From Macrostomum lignano (Eukaryota): a stretch of 64,000 nucleotides of DNA. Position 1 is the stretch's first letter, and every line of letters begins with the position of its first letter. The position numbers were made by a program, and so were the translations under genes. Shown piece by piece: positions 1-13,136 of this stretch. A model generated the notes under the pieces. That model was not told where the DNA came from and did not search any database. It saw only the letters and a list, made by a program, of their open reading frames with translations. The stretch spans positions 467,840 through 531,839 of the forward strand of contig NIVC01000532.1 of the NCBI GenBank assembly GCA_002269645.1, read 5' to 3'.

Positions 1-1735
1 CTCTCATCCCTCTCTCATCCCCTCTCTCTCATCCCCTCTCTCATCCCCTCTCTCATCCCCTCTCTCATCCCCCTCTCTCATCCCCTCTCTCATCCCCCTC
101 TCTCGTCCCTCTCTCATCCCCTCTCTCATCCCTCTCTCATCCCTATTGCATCCCCTCTCGCATCATTTCTCTCATCCCCTCTCTCACTCTTCTCTCATCC
201 CCTCTTTCACCCCCTCTCTCATCCCCTCTCTCATCCCCTCTCTCATCCCCTCTCTCATCCCCTCTCTCATCCCCTCTCTCATCCCCTCTTGCATCCCCTC
301 TCGCATCATTTCTCTCATCCCCTCTCTCACTCTTCTCTCATCCCCTCTTTCACCCCCTCTCTCATCCCCTCTCTCATCCCCTCTCTCACCCCTCTCTCAC
401 CCCCTCTCTCATCCCCTCTCTCATCCCCTCTCTCATCCCCTCTCTCGTCCCTCTCTCATCCCCTCTCTCATCCCCTCTCTCATCCCCTCTCTCATCCCCT
501 CTCTCATCCCCTCTCTCATCCCCTCTCTCATCCCCTCTCTCATCCCCTCTCTCATCCCCTCTCTCATCCCCTCTCTCATCCCCTCTCTCATCCCCTCTCT
601 CGTCCCCTCTCTCATCCCCTCTCTCATCCCCTCTCTCATCCCCTCTTGCATCCCCTCTCGATCATTTTCTGTTTCACCCCCTCTCTCACCCCTCTCTCAC
701 CCCTCTCTCATCCCCTCTTTCACCCCCTCTCTCATCCCCTCTCTCATCCCCTCTCTCATCCCTCTCTCATCCCCTCTCTCGTCCCCTCTCTCATCCCCTC
801 TCTCATCCCCTCTCTCATCCCCTCTCTCATCCCCTCTCTCGTCCCCTCTCTCATCCCCTCTCTCATCCCCTCTCTCATCCCCTCTCTCATCCCCTCTCTC
901 ATCCCCTCTCTCATCCCCTCTCTCATCCCCTCTCTCATCCCCTCTCTCATCCCTCTCTCATCCCCTCTCTCGTCCCCTTTCTCATCCCCTCTCTCATCCC
1001 CTCTCTCATCCCCTCTTGCATCCCCTCTCGATCATTTTCTGTTTCACCCCCTCTCTCACCCCTCTCTCACCCCTCTCTCATCCCCTCTTTCACCCCCTCT
1101 CTCATCCCCTCTCTCATCCCCTCTCTCATCCCCTCTCTCATCCCCTCTCTCATCCCCTCTCTCGTCCCCTCTCTCATCCCCTCTCTCATTCCCTCTCTCA
1201 TCCCCTCTTGCATCCCCTCTCGATCATTTTCTGTTTCACCCCTTCTCTCACCCCTCTCTCACCCCTCTCTCATCCCCTCTTTCACCCCTCTCTCGTCCCC
1301 TCTCTCGTCCCCTCTCTCATCCCCTCTCTCATCCCCTCTCTCATCCCCTCTCTCGTCCCCTCTCTCGTCCCCTCTTTCCCCCCTCTTGCATCCCCTTTCT
1401 CACCCCTCTCTCATCTCCTGTGTCACCCCCTCTCTCACCCCTCTCTCACCCCTCTCTCATCCCCTCTTTCACCCCTCTCTCGTCCCCTCTCTCGTCCCCT
1501 CTCTCATCCCCTCTCTCAACCCTCTCTCGTCCCCTCTTTCCCCCCTCTTGCATCCCCTTTCTCACCCCTCTCTCATCTCCTGTGTCACCCCCTCTCTCAC
1601 CCCTCTCTCACCCCTTTCTCATCCCTCTCTCATCTCCTGTGTCACCCTCTCTCTCACCCCTCTCTCATCTCCTGTGTCACCCTCTCTCACCCCTTTCTCA
1701 CCCCTCTCTCACCCCCTGTGTCACTCCCTCTCTAT
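1..1735. repeat. CT-rich minisatellite, ~13-bp unit CTCTCTC(A/G)TCCCC
   Basis: Tandem unit visible directly; explains the PSLI/PLSH/REGM ORFs. Confidence 0.97.
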
Positions 1736-2454
1736 CCATCACTCAAACCGATTCGGTGGCAGTGCAGCACTCCACGGCCTCCCTCCCATTCATTCCGTTG
1801 ACCCCAGCCTGACAAGTTCACTCCATCTAAGCGCTGTGCGGGAAACAGATCAACAAGACCAGTATAACCCACTCGCTCATCATCGTATGCTTGTTTTGGA
1901 TCCCAGTTCTACATGTATTTGCATTCACCCCCCCTCCTGACCAGCGCAAGCTGTGGAGGTCCAGACTCTGGTTTCCAATCCAGATGATTAATTTAAGCCT
2001 TAGTAGTCCTTGTATCACCCTGACAACCCCTGCGTTGGCAGTCCACTTAATCACTCTGGGAAACTGGAGTTGTGGGGGTGGGCTGCGGTCTGGTAAGTGG
2101 CTGCACATCTTACCAAACCCCACGCAATTAAATATTTGATTTATCCTACATATATATAATTAAAAACTAATGGATAAAAATATAGAATTTTCTAAAATTT
2201 TTGAATCGATTATTTAAATAACTACTAACTAAAATCATATTTCTATTTTCCCATCGACGTTCAAAACTGAAATTGCATAAGTGAGTGGCGTTTATGCCAT
2301 TTATAGAGTGATAATCTATTCATTGTTTGCTCAGGCAGTGCCTGACTACTCAAGTCCCAGGATGGTCAATAATTAACCAGAGGCAGGCCTTAATTAATTG
2401 AGGTTTCTGGGCAGGTAAATGCCATGAGGTTAAGTGAGAGATGCGTTATAGACA

Positions 2455-2815
2455 TGCAGTGAGAGAAAAGATGTTCTGCAGGGAGAGAATAGATGCACTG
2501 CAGGGAGAGAATAGATGTTCTGCAGGGAGAGAATAGATGCACTGCAGGGAGAGAATAGATGTTCTGCAGGGAGAGAATAGATGTTCTGCAGGGAGAGAAT
2601 AGATGTTCTGCAGGGAGAGAATAGATGTTCTGCAGAGAGAGAATAGATGTGCTGCAGGGAGAGAATAGATGTGCTGCAGGGAGAGAATAGATGTGCTGCA
2701 GGGAGAGAAGAGATGTGCTGTTGCAGTGAGAGAAGAGATGTCCTGCAGGGAGAGAAGAGATGTGCTGCAGTGAGAGAAGAGATGTCCTGCATGAAGAGAA
2801 GAGATGTGCTATTCA
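2455..2815 (+). repeat. 22-bp minisatellite TGCAGGGAGAGAATAGATGTTC (left arm of an inverted pair)
   Basis: Tandem 22-mers; the reverse-complement array lies at 4195-4450. Confidence 0.93.
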
Positions 2816-3198
2816 ATGTCGGCATTAACCTGCGGTCCACTAACTACCTGGCTTATTGAACCTACCTCACACTGACTGCCTCCCCACCACCCTCGGCGAA
2901 TGTTTATCCGAATGCGCTATGATGCGGCTTCTGTCAGGAAAATTCCCTGGGTTCTTTTTGTAAAAAACCAGCATACAGAGGGCATACAGATTAGACTCCC
3001 ATGCTTTCGCACGGGTGGCTTCGGAAACCTTTTGCTAGGCTTGCAACGCAGGACTGCGAGATTGCAACACCGCTAAGGGCCAATTAACGGTTGTGTAAAT
3101 CGGATTGGGAACTGAAGAGCTGGGGCCGCTTTTATTGCCCCATTCTGAATGGTTTTGTTTATCTTCACTATCCGTTATTTTGTCTATCTGGATCTATA

Positions 3199-3792
<594 letters not shown>

Positions 3793-4194
3793 ACAAAAGT
3801 GTCACACCCATCTCAATCTCATTTCCCCGGCCAGCCCGCTCCCTCAGAAGCGTCATTGACCAATGCAGCTGCAAGAAGACACGCGCACGGGAATTAGTTT
3901 CTGAACTTTCCGCAGCGGCTCACGCAAGCCAGCCAGCCTCACAAACTGATGCAGAAGTTGCGGCCAGATACCAGAATTCGATTGGGGAATCTGGCCGTAT
4001 TAGGGATTACCAGCTTGGGATGCGATTGTGGCAGCATTGATTATCTACATGTACTATACGCTAGCAGTTTCTGGTCGTGTTGCTATGTGCCTCATTAATT
4101 TGATGTCGCCCTGCTGCGGCCTGCTTGTGGTTTCTGTCGCTGTCCCGCTTCTTTGATTTTTGTTCCCATCTTTGAATTTTCTTGAGCTTGAGCT

Positions 4195-4450
4195 TCAGGA
4201 CATCTGTTCTCTCCTTTTAGGACATCTATTCTCTCCCTTCAGCACATCTATTCTCTCCCTTCAGGACATCTATTCTCTCCCTTCAGGACATCTATTCTCT
4301 CCCTTCAGGACATCTATTCTCTCCTGAAGCATATCTATTCTCTCCCTGCAGCAACTCTCTTCTCTCCCATGCAAGACATCTTGCAAGACATACAAGATTC
4401 TCTCCCTGCGGCGCATCTAGTCTCTCCCTGCAGTATATTTTCTCTCTGTA
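4195..4450 (-). repeat. 22-bp minisatellite GACATCTATTCTCTCCCTTCAG (right arm of an inverted pair)
   Basis: The reverse complement of the unit matches the 2455-2815 unit at 20/22 positions. Confidence 0.9.
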
Positions 4451-5175
4451 ACCCCGTGATTTTCCACAGCGCACTCCTTAGCTCCCAAATGCAAATTTAT
4501 AAAATTTTCAAGCTTTTTACAGCGACAGATTGCATATTTTAGCAGCTTTCATATAGCAAATAATATCTCATGCACTAATCTGGGTGTAGTACTCGTCATT
4601 ATTGAGTAGAATTATTACTCTGCACTGACCCAAGAAAGCCCGACAGCCTGCAGTTTGGGTTGTTGAGTGCTGAAGCGAAATCGTATTGATATGCTGCTGG
4701 TATAAGCGAGCGCGATACGACTTAACCATTGCTTTGACTCTAGCAGTCAGCTTGTTGGCCAGCTCCCCAAACCTTCATCGACCGCCCAACTTGAATACCA
4801 CGCACACACACACACGCACCACGCACACGCACAGAGCTTACAGTCCCAACACAGCTGACTACCAGCCTCTCTCTCCACACTTGCCGACAGTACAGTTAAG
4901 TTCGATCTTGTTAAATGCAGCTGTGCCCACCCAGTCCCTATAGTTGTTGGCGCCGGTTATTTAAATTGCTAATTCTGCCTCATCTGTGTGTTTCTGTAGC
5001 TTTGCGTGTGCCCATTTGGCCCTGTAGTGTATGAGTTATATCTGGCCTGTGCTATAGGGGATGGTAAGATAGTGCTGGCTCATGGCGCTTCGGTTTTGAC
5101 GATTGGGGGGGTGAAGAAACAGATGAAAGGGAGAAGGAGAGAGGGACAAAGGGAAAGTGGGAGTGGGGAGAAGAG

Positions 5176-5513
5176 ATATGCTGCAGAGAGAGGGAGAGAG
5201 GGGAGAGGGGGAGAGAGACGAGAGGGAGAGAGATGAGAGGGAGAGAGACGAGAGGGAGAGAGATGAGAGGGAGAGAGATGAGAGGGAGAGAGATGAGAGG
5301 GAGAGAGACGAGAGGGAGAGAGATGAGAGGGAGAGAGATGAGAGGGAGAGAGACGAGAGGGAGAGAGATGAGAGGGAGAGAGATGAGAGGGAGAGAGACG
5401 AGAGGGAGAGAGATGAGAGGGAGAGAGACGAGAGGGAGAGAGAGAGAGAGAGAGAGGGAGAGAGACGAGAGGGAGAGAGATGAGAGGGAGAGAGACGAGA
5501 GGGAGAGAGACGA

Positions 5514-5580
<67 letters not shown>

Positions 5581-5852
5581 GAGGAGAGACGAGAGGGAGA
5601 GAGATGAGAGGGAGAGAGACGAGAGGGAGAGAGAGAGAGAGAGAGAGAGATGAGAGGAGAGACGAGAGGGAGAGAGACGAGAGGGAGAGAGAGAGAGAGA
5701 GAGAGATGAGAGGAGAGACGAGAGGGAGAGAGATGAGAGGGAGAGAGATGAGAGGGAGTGAGACGAGAGGGAGAGAGACGAGAGAGAGAGATGAGAGGAG
5801 AGACGAGAGGGAGAGAGACGAGAGGAGGGAGAGACGAGAGGAGGGAGAGAGA
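5176..5852. repeat. GA-rich minisatellite GAGAGGGAGAGAGA(T/C) with (GA)n
   Basis: Direct inspection. Confidence 0.96.
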
Positions 5853-6124
5853 ATTTCTTTCTTAGAGATTCTCTTTAAAGAAGTAGAACTAATTAACAAA
5901 AGTTTGATCTCGATTGAAATTGGAAATCAAAGAAAAGGCCAAGTAGGGGACACTGATGTTTTATGACATCTTGGGCTTCACTAGTTACTGGGCTGTGTTT
6001 CTGTGAGAGGCAGGTCTTCTGATTCGTCCTAAGCCCGTATCATTACGAGTAGTAGGAACCGCAACAAAATAAAATTTCCTAAGTTATTCACGCAGAAAAT
6101 TTGGCTGGGAACTCACAGGGTGTG

Positions 6125-6595
6125 CGTGTCAAAGGGTCAGTGTCAGTAGGATGGGGCGTCAAAGGGTCAGTGTCAGTAGGATGGGGGTGTCAAAGGATTA
6201 GTGTCAGTAGGATGGGGATGTCAAAGGGTCAGTGTCAGTAGGATGGGGCGTCAAAGGGTCAGTGTCAGTAGGATGAGGGTGTCAAAGGATTAGTGTCAGT
6301 AGGATGGGGGTGTCAAAGGGTCAGTGTCAGTAGGATGGGGGTGTCAAAGGATTAGTGTCAGTAGGATGGGGGTGTCAAAGGGTCGGTGTCAGTAGAATGA
6401 GGGTGTCAAATGGTCAGCGTCAGTGGGATTAGGGTGTCAAATGGTCAGTGTCAGTGGGATTAGGGTGTCAAATGGTCAGCGTCAGTGGGATTAGGGTGTC
6501 AAATGGTCAGTGTCAGTGGGATTATGGTGTCAAAGGGTGAGAGTCAGTACATGTATGATGGTGTCAGAAAGACGGGAGTCAGAGGCATAGGTGTC
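6125..6595. repeat. 30-bp minisatellite GTCAAAGGGTCAGTGTCAGTAGGATGGGGN
   Basis: GTCAAAGGG recurs at 6128 and 6158 (30-bp period). The array decays towards the acceptor at 6637. Confidence 0.93.
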
Positions 6596-6637
6596 AGCAT
6601 ATCCTGGCAATTCCTGACCAAATCGTCCAACCCGCAG

Positions 6638-7326
6638 GCTGCATCGTAACCGGGCTGGCCATCCCCATCATCGGCAACAACTTCAACACCTACTACAAGT
6701 ACATGCAGAACCAGATGAAAGAGAACAAGTACATGAAGATCATGACCAAAGATCTGACCAACTCCAACCAGGGCGGTCGCTACGGTCAGGGCGGCAATAA
6801 AAAGTACATTCAACGACACGTCGACAAGGGCGTCGCAGGCGCCGCCGGTCTGTCGGACGACAAAGCCGCCGCGATCAACGGCCTGATGCGGCGGAACAAT
6901 CGTCAGCAGTCGAAGCTGCCGCCGCCTGCTGCGAGGCCGCCAACGACTGGAACGCGGCTGGAGAAGCAGGAGGAGTCGCTGGCCGCAGCTGCCGCCGCCG
7001 CTGCCGCTGCCGCCGCGGCCGCCGCCACCGCGGTTGCCGAGTCGAAGTCTTCGATTAACAAAACAACAAAACCGGACGATGCTCACGACAACGCTGTCGT
7101 CAAGGCTAACGAAGCGACTACAGGCTCGAAGATGACGGAGGACGCACCCGCTGACACTGACGACGATGACGAGAGGAAGCTGCTGATTGACAGCGGCAAG
7201 TCGGATTCGAAGTTGGACAAGAGGTGTCGGGCCAGCGTGGAGCTGACCTCCGGCGGAGGCAAGCAGATGACGGTGACCTGCCTGTCAGATGATGTGGACG
7301 AGTCTGAGCAGGAGCAGTTTGTCTGA
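6638..7326 (+). CDS. Terminal exon of an atypical voltage-gated K+ channel subunit (S6 plus cytoplasmic tail); upstream exons not found in the window
   Basis: Acceptor CCCGCAG|GC TGC ATC. Translation (G)CIVTGLAIPIIGNNFNTYYKYMQ aligns without gaps to Kv S6 [22 protein letters not shown]-rich open frame with poly-Ala runs to TGA at 7324-7326. Confidence 0.75.
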
Positions 7327-8067
7327 TAATCATTTTTATGACGATAATTTTGACGGTTGACGGCTGAAGCTGAAGGCCGCTTCGCTCGCAAATCTCAGAC
7401 CAAATACACGCGTAATTTATTGATATGTGCAGTAGTTGATTCGGAAGTCCAACAGTAACAACAACAACAGAACAACAGGCAACAGCATGCATTTCACAGA
7501 GATAACCCGGCTCCAGCTTTGCAAGTGCAGCCAGCGGCCTTTTGCTTCATTAATACGGTGATGTGGAATAAAAAGTAAATGGTGACATCTGATGTCATTT
7601 ACAATGTGTATTTCGCTCATAGATGGAATGCATGCTATACATACATGTAATTATTGATGGACCCTGCAATCGGAATTCGATAAAATTATTGCTGCTCTAC
7701 CTCCAGTCGATTCGATCAAAATCAGTGTCAAATTTAAATTGGCGCCAAATTATCTAATAAAGTCGCAGTTATTTAATTTGCATTAGACAAAGTATAATTA
7801 TAGACGATTCAATATTTGAATATTAAGTTAAATTAATTAGAGAAATTAAGAAAATTGGCGCCAATTCAAAGTTGAAACAAATCTCATGTTATCTATTCTC
7901 AGTGCCCGCGTCTGCAAATACATGTACTGGTGACTGGTATTGACTTTTAATCTCGTTAAAGTACATTCAGCAATTCGTTTGAAGGTTTAAATCTGCCTTA
8001 GATAAACTTCGCAGAAATTTCTCCCCCGAACCCTCAGTATCCATTATCGGGCGGCACAGTGTACAGA

Positions 8068-8580
8068 TAACTTCACGCGGAGTGGGGGTGGTTGTTCGAT
8101 AAATTAATAACCCTAAATGTGCGAGTAAGTCCAAGCGGAGTGGGGTGGGTGGTTGTCCGCTAAATCAAATTACCCCAAATGTGCGAGTGAGTCCAAGCGG
8201 AGTGGGGTGGGTGGTTGTCCGCTAAATCAAATTACCCCAAATGTGAGAGAAGTCCAAGCGGAGTGGGGTGGGTGGTTGTCCGCTAAATCAAATTACCCCA
8301 AATGTGTGAGTGTGGGGTTGGTGGTTGTCCGCTAAATCAAATTACCCCAAATGTGCGAGTGAGTCCAAGCGGAGTGGGGTGGGTGGTTGTCCGCTAAATC
8401 AAATTACCCTAAATGTGCGAGTAAGTCCAAGCGGAGTGGGGTGGGTGGTTGTCCGCTAAATCAAATTACCCCAAATGTGAGAGAAGTCCAAGCGGAGTGG
8501 GGTGGGTGGTTGTCCGCTAAATCAAATTACCCCAAATGTGCGAGTGAGTCCAAGCGGAGTGGGGTGGTTTCCCGCTAAAT
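8068..8580. repeat. ~62-bp minisatellite GTCCAAGCGGAGTGGGGTGGGTGGTTGTCCGCTAAATCAAATTACCCCAAATGTGCGAGTNA
   Basis: GTCCAAGCGG at 8129 and 8191 (62-bp period), about 8 copies. Confidence 0.93.
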
Positions 8581-9459
8581 CGATATTTTAAACTTAAATT
8601 TCATTCGATCAGAAATTAAACCTTCTGCTAGCAAAAATGATTTGGCTCATCCGCGTCCGCACATTTTTGTCCAAATATGTCTGTCAAACACAATTTATAA
8701 ACTGCACGAACAAAGCCGCGTCAGTAAAAATTTGTTTTTGAAGTTTCCATTAATCCTGATGGCTTGATGGCTGATGATTTGGAGTCGAATTGTCACCAGC
8801 TGATTGGCCTCACGCAACCCATCTAACGTGCAATGCGTATGGAAGTAGGATGCCCAAGTTAGAGATGCTGGCACAGGGATGACCATCATCTGTAAAATTG
8901 TTGAAATTCGATATTTCTACACGAAATGCAGCATCCTTGCCCGGACAACTCTGATCTAAATCCCATAAGTCATTTTATCGCCATTTTCCGCTTCTCCTGG
9001 ATGCAACTTAACTAAATCGATATATTTTCTCATGCGTACAGACTATTATTTGAGCTGTGGCAGTATATTCAAAAGCAATTTCATGGCATTTGCGTACAGT
9101 GCGTGTAAACGATACCGAGTTACATCTAACGCGCAACAGACTCCAAATTTGGCTAGTAACAACAGTGCTCTGTTAACTTATGTATTTCATATTTTAAGAA
9201 AACTAATTTGTTGCAACTAATTGTTTGAATTAATATCGGCAACAAATATGCGTGTCATTGCGAATTTTAGCGTCGGATTCGTTATTTCCTACTTATGTAT
9301 ACGATTTTAGTAGCATAAGCGACAAAATTGCTTCGAAAGCAAGCTTAAAGCTTGCGGCTAAATGGCAATTGCTGTGAATCTTTTTATCGCAATTTTTACG
9401 AAAGATAAACCGAAAGAAAAAAGTCTAAAAAGCCTGAGGATCATGAGATTAAAGATTTT

Positions 9460-9760
9460 AAGCCTGAGAAGATTCTAAGCCTGAAGGTTCTAAGCCTGAA
9501 GGTTCTAAGCCTGAAGGTTCTGAGCCTGAAGGTTCTAAGCCTGAAGGTTCTAAGCCTGAAGGTTCTGAGCCTGAAGGTTCTAAGCCTGAAGGTTCTGAGC
9601 CTGAAGGTTCTAAGCCTGAAGGTTCTAAGCCTGAAGGTTCTGAGCCTGAAGGTTCTAAGCCTGAAGGTTCTGAGCCTGAAGGTTCTGAGCCTGAAGGTTC
9701 TAAGCCTGAAGGTTCTAAGCCTGAAGGTTCTGAGTCTGGAGGTTCTAGGCTTAAGATTTT
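9460..9760. repeat. 15-bp minisatellite AGCCTGAAGGTTCT(A/G)
   Basis: Direct inspection. Confidence 0.95.
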
Positions 9761-10646
9761 ATAAGCTTAAAATCTTGGCCTGAAGAATCTAAGCCTGAAA
9801 GAATCTTAGCCTGAAGATTCTAACCCTGAGTACTATAGCTTCAGATAATTCTTCAGGCCACTTTAGATGATTATACATGCATGCATCTGAAGATCAGCCT
9901 GAAGATCATAAAATTTTCTTTATCTATATACTGAAGCTCCAGTCTAAACAACCCTAAAAGTCCTATTTACCTGCGGATTAGTTAAATCCTACTACAGTTG
10001 AGATGTACTTTTAGACACTGAATTCCCCATTTAGAATCAATATCAGGCACTATCATTTTAATGCAAGTATTTGTTTCGCTTTCTTCAAAGCTATTTCTGT
10101 CCGTCTAAGTAAACTTATTATTTATTTACCAAACTAATCCCGATGAGAAGCTCCAGAGATAAAAAATGGTGTCACATTAACTAGGAACAATTCCTATTTC
10201 CCGTGATTCAACATCTATTATTAGTTGTAACTTGCATAACGGTTTTGCATGAGCGGAGCGAAAGCGCTTCTTGCGTACACAGAGGGTTTTCGTCTTGTGG
10301 ATCTAAAAATAGTTCTGACTAAGGATTGACAAAAATGCCACGCAGGCACAAACGACAGATAGTATAGGAACGAACAGAAAAGACAGAAATTCACGTGATC
10401 TCCGTCAAATGTACATTTACCTAGCTCTCTCTCGTACAACTCCCGCCGGGAATTCCGTGGACTGGCCGGTTGGACTTGTAAATATATTGAAGCGCCTGAG
10501 CCTGAACTGGCCTTCGCCATTTGCATTTTGGTCTTTCTTATCTAAGCGCCGACATCATCACCAATCTGGTGCTACATGTAGCGAAACATAAAGATTTTTT
10601 TAAAAAGCCAAAATACCAAAAAATCTATAAACATAAGAAAATTACA

Positions 10647-11081
10647 ATGGGCAGCGGCAAGGACAGCAGCGTCAAATTCAATGACGTTCCACAACAATCG
10701 TCAATCACTACTAGTAGCAATAGTACGTGGAGAAGCTACGCAGATGTGGCCAGTGCCAACATTAACAATAAAGGTACTCAGAACAACAAGCCTAGTAGGC
10801 CTAATTGGTCGCAGCAGCAGCATCGCCGATCGCCGAATTCAAAGTCGTCGTCATCTCCGCCACCTGTACTACTGGCCTCTGGACGAATTCACGAACCGCC
10901 TAAGCCGGAAGAGCTGCCAACACCGCCGAAGGACTGGCTCGAGGATGCTGATGGTGCCCGCGCCGCTGTTGCTAAGTGCGCCGAATCTGATGACAGCAAC
11001 GAGCAGCGACCGGCAACTCTGCAGCAGCAGTGTCTAGCCGCCACTCAGGCTCTCAAACAGTTGTTGCATTTGCAATCCTGA
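10647..11081 (+). CDS. PNRC: PNRC-family protein (proline-rich nuclear receptor coactivator / decapping adaptor), 144 aa, single coding exon
   Basis: ATG at 10647 within a GC-rich island. HEPPKPEELPTPPKDW resembles the PNRC motif SEPPSPSVLPKPPSHW, and the C-terminal TQALKQLLHLQS resembles PNRC2 TFQLKTLLKVQV. Recognised from memory, not by search. Confidence 0.68.
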   Translation: MGSGKDSSVKFNDVPQQSSITTSSNSTWRSYADVASANINNKGTQNNKPSRPNWSQQQHRRSPNSKSSSSPPPVLLASGRIHEPPKPEELPTPPKDWLEDADGARAAVAKCAESDDSNEQRPATLQQQCLAATQALKQLLHLQS

Positions 11082-11775
11082 GCAAATTCTAATACAGTTA
11101 TGATTGAATCTATTTGTAAAGCTAAAAATTACATTTTACATTATAACTTACACATCCGGGTATGCATTCAGTAATACGGCATATAGCAGCAAAATTAATC
11201 ATTTGCTCACTCTCTTTTTGGCGCGTAAATTAAAACGTTTTTTTCCTGTTCTCTTTGGATTAACTGAGTGCCAAATGCCAATACTGTAAGTGATTATAAA
11301 ATTCATAAACTGTCTGTATTAACGAAAGATTTTTTTTTGTTTTTAACCATAAAGTCGATACTTATTATTTCATACAGTGTACACAGTAGAAGTATCATTT
11401 ATTCTTAAGTGTACGTAGTTAATTATTTTATTAATACGAGTGATCTGTATTTTTATTTATAAAGTAGTTCGTACGTATTGTATATATCAATTAAAATAGA
11501 ATCATTGTGACTTACTTTACTTGATTGTTTCTTTACTTAAGTTGATTTTTGACTAATTTTTTTTACTACACATGATATTATATTCAACACGTCCGGTGTA
11601 CCATCATGGTCATGAACACCAAATGAGCGTATTTGTTAACATAATTTCAAAGATAAACCTTTAGCGCATTTTGAAACTGCAGCTCTACGTACGTGGCGGA
11701 AGGGCGCACCGGCACAATTAGCGCGCATTTCGAATGCACGTCTCGAACACACGGACGCGCATTTTAAATAACTGC

Positions 11776-12411
11776 TTGTCTCTTCTGCAAGAGCGCAATT
11801 TTAACTGTTGTCTCTTCTGCAAGAGCGCAATTTTAACTGTTGTCTCTTCTGCAAGAGCGCAATTTTAACTGTTGTCTCTTCTGCAAGAGCGCAATTTTAA
11901 CTGTTGTCTCTTCTGCAAGAGCGCAATTTTAACTGTTGTCTCTTCTGCAAGAGCGCAATTTTAACTGTTGTCTCTTCTGCAAGAGCGCAATTTTAACTGT
12001 TGTCTCTTCTGCAAGAGCGCAATTTTAACTGTTGTCTCTTCTGCAAGAGCGCAATTTTAACTGTTGTCTCTTCTGCAAGAGCGCAATTTTAACTGTTGTC
12101 TCTTCTGCAAGAGCGCAATTTTAACTGTTGTCTCTTCTGCAAGAGCGCAATTTTAACTGTTGTCTCTTCTGCAAGAGCGCAATTTTAACTGTTGTCTCTT
12201 CTGCAAGAGCGCAATTTTAACTGTTGTCTCTTCTGCAAGAGCGCAATTTTAACTGTTGTCTCTTCTGCAAGAGCGCAATTTTAACTGTTGTCTCTTCTGC
12301 AAGAGCGCAATTTTAACTGTTGTCTCTTCTGCAAGAGCGCAATTTTAACTGTTGTCTCTTCTGCAAGAGCGCAATTTTAACTGTTGTCTCTTCTGCAAGA
12401 GCGCAATTTTA
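11776..12411. repeat. 32-bp minisatellite GTCTCTTCTGCAAGAGCGCAATTTTAACTGTT, ~20 identical copies
   Basis: Period 32 (11778, 11810, ...); no spacers. Confidence 0.97.
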
Positions 12412-13136
12412 AAACTTAAAATTGCACGTTAGCACGCGAGAATTTCCCGCAGATGAAATTGCCTGCCGAGATTTGCCCGCAAAGCTTTTTTGCAGCGCAT
12501 TTACACAGGAATTCGGTCGTCCCGGTCGATTCGACTCGATCTGATTCGACGTCGAAGTTTACACTCGGGTATCTCCACGCGGCAGATTTTGTCTGCATTT
12601 GCCCCCCCCCCTGCTTTGTATAAAGTCTTAATAAAGAGATTTAGGGACAAAGCGACATAACATATTGATGAATTATTAGCTCAAAGATCGATGCACTCCC
12701 TAATTGTAGTATGTACATGTATATAATAGATATGAAAAAGACAAAATCTCAGGCGCGTGTAAGCACTACTGAGAGGAAAAATCGATCCTGTGGGCAAATC
12801 TTGGTGGCCGGGCAATTTAAATGGACCCCAAGTGTCTTGGATTCGATATGAAGTCGGTGAATCGGGATTTGTCGAATCGCGGGAATTCGGCGAATTGGGA
12901 ATTTGGCGAATTAGAGGCCGGTTGACACCCAACCTGAGTCAAGACGCTTTTCGATTTTTTGGACAAACGAAGTTGCTATACTTTAAAATGCTTTTTCATT
13001 GTCTTAGACTTAAAAATATTCATATGTCGTCCTTTGCGTTACGCATGTACATCCCATGCGATCTTCTTTATAATGTTGACGAACTAAAGTATATGTATAT
13101 ATATAGCGACACAGAGAGTAGCAGACAAAAAGACAT

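Noticed and set aside
1740-2139. Short overlapping ORFs (82-98 aa) as possible upstream Kv exons or a LINE fragment
   Set aside because: No S4, GYG or RT motif was recognisable in any frame I read.
7730-7873. 22-bp imperfect inverted repeat (19/22) around TTGGCGCCAA
   Set aside because: The core is self-palindromic, the background is AT-rich and there is no TSD, so it is too weak to call a MITE.
11776-12411. 32-bp repeat resembling a CRISPR repeat in length and hairpin
   Set aside because: Units are head-to-tail with no spacers, there are no cas genes, and the context is eukaryotic.
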